Below are positions 52,545-64,000 of a stretch of 64,000 nucleotides of DNA, one piece after another (position 1 is the stretch's first letter; each line of letters opens with the position of its first letter). The notes beneath the pieces are model-generated. The model saw nothing but the letters and a program-made list of their open reading frames with translations. It did not search any database and was not told where the DNA came from. The DNA comes from Antedon mediterranea (Eukaryota; Animalia; Echinodermata). Where the stretch lies: assembly GCF_964355755.1 (NCBI RefSeq), contig NC_092674.1:11594001-11658000 (forward strand), read 5' to 3'. The position numbers and the translations under genes were made by a program.

Positions 52545-55500
52545 TAAACTTAATTAAAAATTTTTATTTATATTATTTACAATTGTCTAAGTTGTGTATT
52601 CCAATAACTACAACTAGTTCTAACAACTTGTTTTTTCCTTTGTCAAAGAATGACATTGATATACTAAACAACATGCCAATTACATATGATAATAAATGAA
52701 AATTTGCGGGCTACGATATGTTTTTGCGTTAATTTTCAAACCATATCCCATTTCATTAACGATACTCTATAAACAATGGTGAAATTGAACCGGGCGGTTA
52801 GAAAATCATGTGCGTTAACAACGTCACAAGTTTCCTAGCAACAAACCAATGACTACAAATAAAGTTACGTGGTTTGTTACGAAAATATCCGTCTTGTTAT
52901 CATAAAAGGCGGGGTTCTGAAGGCCAGTTGTAATAAAGTTAGAAAGCTGCGCTCAACATAGTACAATGGACTGCTCCATCACTGTTTCTAATTATGGGTT
53001 ATCCATTCTTAACAATTAATGATTTGTACCAATTATACCGTCGCAAAATGTATTCCTTTGAAGTTAGTATTTTACAAAAAAAGTATTATTTACCTCGCAT
53101 ACAAATAAAAATTGTATTAATTATAAACTGATTTACAATACACACTTGAAACCGAATTCTTGCCAATTATCTAAAAAAAAAAAGAAATCCATTTAGAAAT
53201 TCGAATACATTCCAAAGTGAATAACATAATAATTTAAAAGAGTATTTTGCATACATATGCCTACATTTTACAAAGTATTATGAGTATCTTAAAAAATATA
53301 TAGCAATTTTCTTTGGAGAGCATTGATATTCTCTATATTACATGTTGCAGGACAATTGTTTCATTTGCATACAAGCAAATATGTTTGATAATAATATCAC
53401 TTATTTGAAAGAAATTTAATTAACAAAAGAACAATCAATTGTAGTTTTAAAGATGTTTAGTTGAGTGTAATCAAAACTCAACATTGTGAGTTTAGTTTAA
53501 ATATAAATGTGTAAAAGGTAAACTTTTTCTGTAAGAATGTTAGTTTTTTTATCTACATTCCGTGTAATTGTGATTGTACATACTGTCAAACAAATGTGAA
53601 TAATGCCGTTGTACATTAGAACAAAAAACTTTTTAGATTTCGTAAATTAAATCTCCTATTTATTATTTCATACAAACAGAGTGTTAGTTTTATTAGGAAT
53701 AGAAAATTTATCCCATAATATCAATTAGACTATCAATGGTTGTATTATAATTTATATTGCGTTACCATGGAAACATTCGACACGATCGAATTCTGAACCA
53801 AATGTAAAATCTATACAGGTATTTCAAGACTTATATTATCGATTGTAAAAATGTGAATAAAAATTTGAATATTTTGTTTGAACCATTACAAATCTGGTGT
53901 TTAGTTTTTTATTTGAAAACATTAGAGGGAGCATCTAGAACAAGAAATAAAAAGTTTCAAGAAGATAGTTTCTTAAGATTTTCCTTAGTTTTTAATGCTG
54001 CAACAACTGAATCACTGTTACAACAAAGAGCGAAAAATAAGAAAAAAATAAAAATAAAAAACCGGGAAAGCAAGAGAAAGAGAAGAGAAAAGAAATTCCA
54101 ATCGATCGGTATTCAGTATAGGCCTATAATGCTGATTATCATGTTCGAAAGAAACCTACAATAAATTTATAACCAAGGAGAAATAATATTTGTCTACAGA
54201 CCTTTGAAGGACCAAACCAAATTGTCTTTTCACCATAAGCAAAGCAATTTCCCTCTAAGAATAAAAATTCATTTGTTTCCGAACCAAACACTTACTATAT
54301 TACTTACTTACTTACTACTACAATTATTTGAGAAGAAGAACTCAGATGACGATTATGTAACACTGAAACTTGAAATGGCAAAAACTACTGTTTATGTTTA
54401 TAGGATATTCGTTACTATGATAAAATAATATTAGTGTAGGCCTACTTATATTTCACCATAATACACATTTCTAAAAATAATTCAGAAATTAGGCCTTTCT
54501 TTCATAATTAAGGCTTTGTCTTTTATTTTGTTTAGGGCCTAATTCGAAGCAAAATACTCAGAATCATGGAAACATTTCTATGAATCAGGAGATCCTCAGT
54601 TATGCAATACCGCTACACGGATTTAAACGAATGTCATTTCTATTTCCAAGAAACCATTAAATGTGGTAATTTTCTGATTGAAGACACACTTTCACAATTC
54701 AACTTTTTAGAATTCAACGAAATGTTGATTATTCTGTGTGATGACTTAAAGCCTACCGGTACGACTTATGTTATGATAAACTTCGAAAGATGACGAGAAA
54801 CGACGATGGAAGGAAGAAAATCACGAAACCACGTTTACACTGACTCGGTCATTGACCCTTAAATAGTATTTAGGCCTATAATATTATGAGTAGTTTCTTT
54901 TAATTTTACAATTGTGATATACCTTACCCCTGTTACCTCGAGGTCAAAGATTCCGTTTCAAGGGCGGACACCCTCAACCTGTCTCACCGAAACTGAAATA
55001 TGCAATGTTAAGTTAGATCATATACAACTATATTATGACTAATGCAAATTCCAACGCCCATCTTTCTTCGGAAAACAAAATGAACACTTTTTTTGGAAAA
55101 TTCTAAAATGATCGTACAACTACTATAATTAACGTATTATTTCTTGAGATCTTAGCGTTGGCTTTCTGTTTGGATGAAGCCCATTCAACTTATCGAAGAC
55201 GCTCAGAAATAATGCTCAAAATGTATAATGATGTGAAAGGATTTTTATAATTATTTTAAGTTAATAATAATAAATACAATTTGGCACATTTAGACATCAT
55301 TTGTAATAATTTGCTCACGTTATTTTATCATGCGCGCGACAAAAGTCAAATTATTGATTTTATTCAAATGAAATAGGGCCAAACAAACTTAACGAAAATA
55401 TTAACAATTGGTAACTTGCATATATCTGATCAAGTGGCCTACGGTTTATGCTAACTGCTTGAGCTCACAGTAACAAATATTAAGCAAAAAGTTCAATGTC

Positions 55501-58500
55501 AGGCCCAGTATGATTTCTGAATGCAGACTTGGCCTACAAGAGTTGAAAGTTAGCGTCACTTTCTTGGCCTGAATTTCGGTCATCCACCTTACAATAGAGC
55601 CTGAAGCATATTCGTTGTCGTTGGAATCTGAATCTTAACTACTATGATACGAGATACAGCTCATTTATACAGACAACACAATTCTAAACAATTATTATGT
55701 ACTGGTACCGTATATAAAATCTAATTACATGGTGTTATTTTCTTTCTTTAAAGCAAGAGCACATTAATAATGCCGAAGAATTAGGTAGGGTAGGCCTTCA
55801 TATCTATAATTTTATTTAGCATTAGGCCTACAATCAATTTAATATGTTTGATTCGAAATTCAAGAGAACTTTAACACAGTTCTTCATGGATAAATCTCTG
55901 CATGGTTTTTATAAATAAATGTACGTGTTTTTTTGCCAAGAAAAGTGATTTTCATTTTGTTTATTATAAACAATAATGTTTGTCTACAATGTCTATCGTT
56001 TCGACAAGAAGACAAACCGCATGAAACTTCAAATTGAATTTGGAATTTTTGTTAATTCCAAGATCTCAAATGTGTGTAAACTAATACGAAATGCTGTAAA
56101 CGTCGTTAAATTAAGTTTTAGCTGGTTCAACGTATTTGTTTTTCTTGTAAACGACTTTTTAAATTCAATACTAACGACAATAACACTTTAGGCCTAGTTA
56201 TAAACAATATGAAAAATGACGGTAGCAAGCTATCACACAAAAAGTGTTGAAGACACTGCAATCATCATCTCAGTCTTCGTGGTGGGTTTAGGTCGAATGC
56301 TAATTTATTTCCCTTCATTTGTTTACTATTATTTACTTTAAAGAAATCACGGATTTGATTTAAATTACATTTTAATTATATCCTATGAATTTCGATCATA
56401 GAGTAGGTGCCTGTATCCATTGTTTAGCACAATAGCCAGTGAGCGTGAGCGACAGCAAGAAAACCCAAACGCCCTCTACCGATCTATTCAAATGAGTTGT
56501 CTGTTATCGAAGATCCAGAAGATTGACAGAATTTAAACAGTGGGGCTGTTCAAAGAAAGTATAACAGTACAGGCGTAGAACAATAGCTAACTCAGAGTTT
56601 AGCCTCATTTAAAGAAAAAGAACAGACAAATCCTTTTGAAAATTATCACACACTTGTGAGAAAATTGTAGCGATTCTTTTGGCTCGATAAATCGTAATCG
56701 GAAGTGAGCTTGAATGGGTGTAAACGCATTGACAAGACACGCTGACTGCGACTCTCCATGTGCACCGTTAACTTCTACTAAATCACCCAGGAACCAAAAC
56801 ATTGCTGTTTAGTGTTTTAGTATATCTGTTATTTACGGATTACATTTAATTTGTATTGTATAAAATAAAGACAAGAACATAATACCAAGGCAATCCTTGC
56901 CTTATAATACAATATAATTTTGGTTTGTGTACGGTGTTTATCCAAACAGAAGTCAACTGGTTCATGTAGAGACTGATCCCCGGACTGATCATTGTATAAA
57001 CCATTTTAAAGATTTAAAATGATAGTTAGCATAAACAGAAATCTTTTTAATTCCTTGTGTACAGATGTTAGGTTTTGACAAGATGACGTCGGACAGAACA
57101 GGACAATCTTGAACAATACCTTTATGTTCTGTGTTCTTTTGTGCAAACACAACAGATTTCAAATGAAATTCCTTGTTGTTATTATATCATTGTTAAAATA
57201 CACAGGCACATCACTGTAAAACAACAATTAATTATTGTACTGTAACTCATTAGGTAATGATGGATTATACCTATATAATTAAGCGATAGAAAGTTAAATT
57301 AATTTTCATCAACAGGAGATATATTATTTCTATTATTTGTATTTGATTGTATGTTTTGTATTAATAATGAAAGGCTTATTAATCACTATCAATAACAATA
57401 TTAAAAAGAATATAGCAATCCATTGTACTATAAACACACTTAAATTAGGCTATAATTGTTAGATTTATTTATAAGAATAGTTATGTGTTTTAATATACAC
57501 GATTTTTGTTGTAATCTTTTCTCTATTATCATTATTTACCCTCATTTTCACTTATAATATATAAATCATCTTTTAATGTAGGCCTATTTCTTTTTTTTTT
57601 TCTCTTTAATGTTAACTTGTAACATAATTTTTCAACATTTATTATTTTTAAAAACATATTTTGCATTCGTTAACATACATACTTATATCTATGTTATAAT
57701 ACTTCATAAAAACAGGGGGAGTTTGCAATGTAATTTTACTCTTTTACTCTACCCTTCTGATAAAAACAACAATTCATACAAATAAATGAGTGTTTAATAT
57801 TAGCCATAGTAAAATGTAAAAATAAATTCGTTGAACAGCAGCCAGTGATATTAAACATCGTTTACACCCCCTTGTTCATTTTTGATGCACCCCGTGAAGT
57901 AAGCTAAATGCGGGTCCCTCCCGGACAATTTACTACTAAAATGACTGTATATCCTGTCTAATAAAAATTCCGATATAACCCCTACGACGTACAATGTTGA
58001 CAGTTTGCAGGGAACCTTCGAATTATGAATGAATGGGGATGTTATAGTATAACATGTAAGCACACGATTAGGGTAAGTGGATGGGCTATTATTTGATAGT
58101 AGGCCTAGTATCTAAAAAACAGTGAATAGGTTAAGACTGATGGACGGGTTCCGCTACAAAGAGAGTTCCAAGAGGGCAGTTTGATTAGCACTTGATCACA
58201 TTTACCCCTTACACATTAATAAAGTAGGCCCAGGCCTCTGTATCTTGCAAATAGTCTGATATGGTAACAGATTTCGAACTTTAGATAATTCTACTTTTAA
58301 ACATATATTGTTTCTAATGTTTTTGTTGAATATGCCATTTATAATGTCACATTAACAGTTATTTAATTTGTTGATCAAAAATTGGATCGAATAAAAAAAA
58401 AAAAAACAACAATTATTTATCTAAAAAAACTGTAGGCCTAAATTAAAGCAAAAAAAAAAAAAAAAAAACAATTTAAATTGACTGGAAGTCGTGCAATGGG

Positions 58501-61198
58501 GTTTTGGTTGAATTTAACCGTTCATTTTGTCTTTTTCAGTTAAGTTTTTAGAAGTGATTAATTTGATAAAAACTGCGAAATGGCCTACCGTCTTAAAAAA
58601 AAAATAATCTTCATTTTCATCTCTTAAAAATTGCAAGCGACATTGTAGGCCAATTGCAGGCGTGGATTGGAAAATTCCGTACGTATACGTAAACTTACAA
58701 AAACGAAAAGTACACATTGTGACATTAATAATATTATTTAGGCCTATTATTAATTTTAGAATAGGCCTAATTATAGTAAATAACCATATTTTAATGTATC
58801 AAATTGATCTAAAACTGAAGAGGAAAGTAAAAGTTACAATTATTAGACCTATATAATAATGTGTTTTTGGGTTTTTTTTGCTAATGAATTACAGTTTTTT
58901 TTCAAGTAGGCCTAAATATATACATTTTTCGATAAAATTTTTAGTCAAAGTGAATAACTATTATGTGACATTACAATGGCATATTTAACATTTTTCAGAG
59001 GAACTATGATCTTACCTTTGCTAAAAGGCGTACGTTGATAATTATTGTTGTCAGGCTTACGATTTTATTTCTGTTTTGTATTAGAGATCTTGAGCCAGAT
59101 TTATATTTCTAATTTGATTCATAAAAAGTACGCATTATTTACGGTTTACCGTATGCGTTTATGCACGAATTGTACATTTATTTAGGGCCTAAACCTCATT
59201 ACAATCTTTACTGAAACTAAACTATGAATGATGCTATGAGCGAGGTTTTGGAGGTTTGTAGGCCTATCTTTTCAGCCAAAAATTAACTTGATACGGTAAA
59301 ACCTTACCATCATTATATTTTAAACCAAATATCAACATAGTTCGTACCAAACTCTGCCTTTCGCAAGTTATCATCCTTCTTTCATTTGTTGTCTATTTTC
59401 ATTACAATGTTTTGCATAATTCGTCTCTTCTTTAATCTATTACAAATATTTTAGTGGACTTATTATTATATTACATAATTGTATTCAACTTTTATTATTC
59501 AGTAGGCCTAAAGTCTTACGTATTATTAGACAAAATATACACACGTATTTTATTCGGTTTTTGAATGCGATCCATCCTCAAAGGACTTGAGCTCACCGGG
59601 GAGAGGCTTGCGTGAGATGGCCTGATAAGACAACGATCCCCTCGATATCATTTAATTTAAAAGATGAAATGTGATCGTCAAACATTCGTAGACCTGTTTG
59701 AGTTGCTTTCATTTCAATTGCTAGGCCTGTATTCCAACTGTATTATATCCTAGTAGGGTGTATGGGTTCTCCTACGGAGGTTAATTCTTAATTAGAGACT
59801 GGGTCAAAATGCAAAGCTTATGAAGGCTTAATATTACAAGCCTATTTAATTTTAATCAAATTTTGGTGTCAACTTAACTAGGCCAAACATGCCGGGGCGA
59901 CAGAAACATATTCTAGTCTACAATCAGTAATTAATTTCTTATTTTTTATATTTCGATCATATCTAATAGATACTATGAAAACCAATTTGTGATAGGCCTA
60001 TTTGACAATATGTTTTACATTCACAAAACAGGGTTTAATAAAGGTACACTGAACATTACACACAGTTTAAATTGTCCAGTGTATGTAGTTGTAAAATACA
60101 CGATTTTTGTTTTAACAGTTAATCGAAAGAACACATTATTTTTTTGTAAACAATTAGTTCCTTTATTTTTTGGTCAAAAAAAAACACAAAAAAAACAGGT
60201 AACAAAAAATACAGGAGAGGTTATTATTAGACAGTTACACTGTAATTTCACTTTTCCCTGATTATACTATGGGGCACATCTGATTCTTAACAAGTAAAGT
60301 TGGTCATTTAATGAACGGCGATGGCGCTGTTTTGAAATGAAATTCGTTCAGTATTTCTTTTCCCCCAATTATTTCCAATACTAAATATTATATATTATGA
60401 GTTAAATGTAACCATTTAAATACTTTGTTGATAAACGGTACGAATAAATGGATTAAACCATGCATGATTTTGACATTAGATAAAGAAGATGATATAATAA
60501 CGCAGTCATATGATTTATTGTGTTCAAATTCTTCTGACTTGGGTGGGTTAGATATAATATTGTAATGGTAACACTCTTATTTTTACATTATGATAGTTAT
60601 TTAATTACATAAGAATTAAAAGTAACAGTAACCTTAGAATGGTAACTTAAGAAAAGGTGACATATATTTCAAAGTCTAAGACTTAACCTGACAGTAAGGA
60701 ATCGAGTGAATGAAAAATACTTATAGTATTGTATTTACGTACTGTTTATTACCATTATTAATGTTTAATTTTAGTTATTTAAATTTGTTTTTCTCTCTTT
60801 TCTCCTAAACATAATAATATTATACAAGAATAAGTCAATAAGTTTATATATTATATAAACTTATTCTTATTATATAAACTTATTCTTTCATATCAACTGT
60901 GACCCGATCTGTCACTACTGTAGTACCTCAACAGAGGGCGACAAACAGTATTTCATAATTTTAAAACAAGTGAAAATAAGCATCAGCTCAAAATAATGTA
61001 GCATTAAAGATTTCATTTCATTCTTCTTTTATGGAATTTATTTCAAAATATAATAGGCTTTTGGACCCTGTATTTATATATAAATTATTCTTGTTTTGAA
61101 GAATCGTGGACTCAATTTTGCAACAAAAAATCTCTAAATGGTTAGAGAAGGCAATATAATTATAAAGTATAAAAATTAACGTTTAAATATACATTTTA

Positions 61199-61572
61199 TT
61201 AAATCTTAATTTTTTTAAACATAACATTGTCATTTGTACCAAGTTTCCTCAATGAATGTTGATTGCCAAGTTGTGTTCTAAACATCTTTAGGTGTTTGTT
61301 AGTTCTTTCTGTTTGCAATACACCAAGTCTGGTAAGAAGTCTATTGCAAAAAATTGGAATAATAGGCTGGAGCAAGAGACTACATATTCTAAGTGAATCC
61401 ATAGCAACATGGATAACAGTATCGAGCCACGCCCTGTTTTCATCTGTTGGATTTTTCACAAGTGTCCATGGTTCATGTTGCTGAATGAAGGCATTTGTAA
61501 GGCGAAGGCAAGACATGATGGCCTCTATGCTTTTATAAGGTTTGAAATCTTGGTAATACTTATCAACCAATT
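61199..61572 (-). CDS. MARS2: MARS2 terminal coding exon
   Basis: ttttcag|AA TTG; LVDKYYQDF...NAFIQQHEPWTL...SLRICSLLLQPIIP...MFKKIKI stop; AATAAA overlaps the stop codon. Confidence 0.92.
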
Positions 61573-62216
61573 CTGAAAAGAAATAATAAATAATGATTCT
61601 ATGAAAATTACCTAATGGTACAATTATAGCACATTAAATAAATCATTGTGGCAAAGTACAGTTGTAAAAAAAGCGTCAGTCAGTTTTTTTAAAGCTGATT
61701 TTGTGGTAATGAGGTTTTGCTAAAAAATACTATGGTATATGGCCAAAATCTAACATAACAATAGAGGGCACTACAGAAAACTCTCATCTCATGCACGCAA
61801 TTTCTACTAAAAATTTTAAACCTTGATTACAAAAAAAAAAAAGAAGCTGGCCCTAGATTTCATCAAATTTTGAGTTGGTTGGGATTAGTCAAAATAACTT
61901 GTTTACGCCTACATTGGATTTGAGAAAACATTTTTTCATTAAAGGCTGTAGGTTATCATAATAGTTCTGGGATGAAAATTGTTCTTTTGTTTTCTATAGG
62001 AAGATACGTATCTATCATCATTCGTTATCGACCTAGTATAAACAGGCTTTTATCCTTATAAGGGTGTGCGTGCGTTGGACTACTGTTTGTGAGATTGTGG
62101 GGTTGAACACATGGGTACTTGGTAAGGTCAAGACACAACTTTGCGCTGATTACTAGCTACATTATGGGAGTATGACTGGGGTAAAAATATCTACAGAAGT
62201 TGCTATTGTTAGTTCA

Positions 62217-62500
62217 TTTTTATACTTGGTGACCTCTTCAGTCAAAGACTGATCTCCCAGAGGGCCCAGTTGGTGATCAGTGGCAGTGATGTACTAATAC
62301 ACCGGGGTAACCCCCTACTTGTCTCGAAAGATGTACTAGGTTCTTTTAAATGCACACGAGACCTACGGTTTATAGTCCTTATCCGAGAAGACTCGTTCTA
62401 CCACCAGAAACATGGAGTGAGTGAGCCTCGAACTCTTGCCGATGTTATGGCTACGTAATTACGGTTCCACTGTCTTAACCGCTCAGCCACTCACTCACAC
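62217..62500 (-). mobile_element. tRNA-derived SINE with Nin/Deu-type central domain in MARS2 intron
   Basis: Minus strand: A box TGGCTGAGCGGTT, B box GAGTTCGAGGC, then TCGGATAAGGACTATAAACCGTAGGTC...TAAAAGAACC...GTAGGGGGTTACCCCGGTG resembling the Nin/Deu domain as I recall it. Confidence 0.7.
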
Positions 62501-62593
62501 AAGTTCCAGGTTTAACAGCATTAGGCGCTTTATAAATCCAGGTTATTATTATTATTAAACATAATAATGAATTTGCATGAATACTTGAGTCAC

Positions 62594-62809
62594 CTGGCAA
62601 ATGTTCTAGTTTTTCTAACAATTCATAATCTTCTTTTGTAGCTCTTGATCGGCAGCTACCATCTGGATGAATTGGGAACAAATCAGTGTGAAACTCTGGA
62701 AATGTTTGATCAGGGTTTAGTGACCTTGCTGTGACCCTTGAAAGAAGATTTCCAAAAGTGTCTGCTAATTCCGCATTTAAAATGGCTGCAATTTTCTCTT
62801 CCTTATAAT
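62594..62809 (-). CDS. MARS2: MARS2 internal exon (start of anticodon-binding domain)
   Basis: cattag|AT TAT, DYKEEKIAAILNAELADTFGNLLSRVTARSLNP...EKLEHLP, donor G|GTGAC; phase 1 on both sides, compatible with neighbours. Confidence 0.92.
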
Positions 62810-62893
62810 CTAATGAATAAACATAAATGTTAATATCACTGAAAAGAATTAAAGTTTTCATAAAAAAAAGCAAATTAATATCAATATTCTTAC

Positions 62894-63005
62894 CTCCGTC
62901 AGAGTGTAGTAGATCTTCACGTAGCAGACAAAATCGAAATCCATCGCAAGTTAATTTCTTAACGCACTCATTTGGATCAACAACATTACCAATACTTTTC
63001 GACAT
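62894..63005 (-). CDS. MARS2: MARS2 internal exon (completes KMSKS motif)
   Basis: cgcag|ATG, MSKSIGNVVDPNECVKKLTCDGFRFCLLREDLLHSDG, donor G|GTAAG. Confidence 0.93.
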
Positions 63006-63730
63006 CTGCGAAGAAAGAAATATATGTAGAGTTTAGAAGGAGTCACACGACCAGTTTCTGTGGAGCGACTTCACTATTATTTTAATTGATATCAAATATT
63101 ATTGTATTTGTTACCTTTTTATTGGTTGAATAAATGTTATTATACACACCGGCGGTATAGATTCTTGTCATTTGATTAGAGGATTGTGAGTCACATGACA
63201 TTCAATAAATACCCTGGCCAAGACGACAAGAAAAAGGCCACACCAGAGAGGGTGCAATATTTGTACTAGTTTCCGGCAAAAGGGGAATGCTTCGTGACAG
63301 GGTTTGCGCTAACATAGGTGGCTAGTTTTCATTGATTTAAAGGTAGAATCAATTTAGCGATGGGCTTAGCATCCAGTATTGCTAAAATCTCTGCTAAAAT
63401 TATGCGATAAATTGTGACATTTTGACACTGGACAGGCAAGGAACTACTACTACTTAAACTAATAATTTTCACCCCTTCATTTCTCACGCTTGTGCTACCA
63501 AATCCTCGGAAATATACCCCATAACGCTGCACCTCCTCATATTTTCCCACACCCACAAAAATATACCGCGTAAATGCAGCACCTCCCCATATAAAAATAT
63601 TTAAGCGTAACCACCCGGGATAAATACTCTATTAAACTCTCACATCATCAAGAGTGCAATTTCAGTATATGCAGATCATTCTTGTTACACAGTGAGAGGC
63701 CTTAATGTAGTAAAGAAATCTTAAACTGAC

Positions 63731-63830
63731 CTTTGAACCGTCTCTCGTCCAATGTGAATGGCAGACGATGGATGCAGGAGGTTCCATACCAGCAGCCATC
63801 AGAAAAGCTGGCCAGTAAATAGCATGAAAT
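63731..63830 (-). CDS. MARS2: Mitochondrial methionyl-tRNA synthetase, internal exon (gene continues beyond window end)
   Basis: Not in ORF track; manual translation [33 protein letters not shown] between acceptor tattag| and donor AAG|GTCAGT; matches the MetRS region preceding KMSKS. Confidence 0.93.
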
Positions 63831-64000
63831 CTAATACAAAAATCATTCTAATAAAATGGTCTATTTATCTATCTGCACAATGTAAATTCTGAAGAGAGGC
63901 TAGCAGTATAATCACTAAATCCAGAGAGTATATATTGCATGACCTTTGACATTTATGTTGTGCTGTCTCATTGGTTGCATAATATGTATTTTATTTAGAG

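Noticed and set aside
62475-62593. C-terminal tail of the 176 aa ORF
   Set aside because: Read-through past the MARS2 donor site into intron/SINE sequence.
63280-63620. Possible CCCGGG-ended MITE in MARS2 intron
   Set aside because: Only one terminus is convincing; could not define TIR or TSD.

Overview
AT-rich animal (invertebrate bilaterian, plausibly deuterostome/echinoderm-like) nuclear DNA. Two protein-coding genes are supported: a two-exon Zic/odd-paired zinc-finger gene on + (42995-44072 joined to 51224-51663, 505 aa, one 7.15 kb intron) and the last four coding exons of mitochondrial methionyl-tRNA synthetase (MARS2) on - (63830 down to 61199), convergent with Zic. The ~43 kb upstream of Zic has no recognisable protein gene but holds a ~6.2 kb tandem array (period ~200-205 bp) of intron-containing tRNA-Arg(UCU) genes: 22 full-length copies (about 8 apparently intact) plus 3 fragments. 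The array is interrupted by a 1.2 kb element with Helentron/HINE (rolling-circle) termini that carries four tRNA-Val-like genes. Also present: a minimal Penelope-type hammerhead ribozyme motif, several MITEs (one a ~390 bp palindrome), a Nin/Deu-domain SINE, an (ATG/ATA)n microsatellite, a perfect 183 bp duplication, and a strong excess of TAGGCCTA/TACAGTA/TACGGTA words. Comparison of array paralogs shows related words arising as TA-duplicating micro-insertions (transposon-footprint-like). All calls were made by eye; no searches were run.
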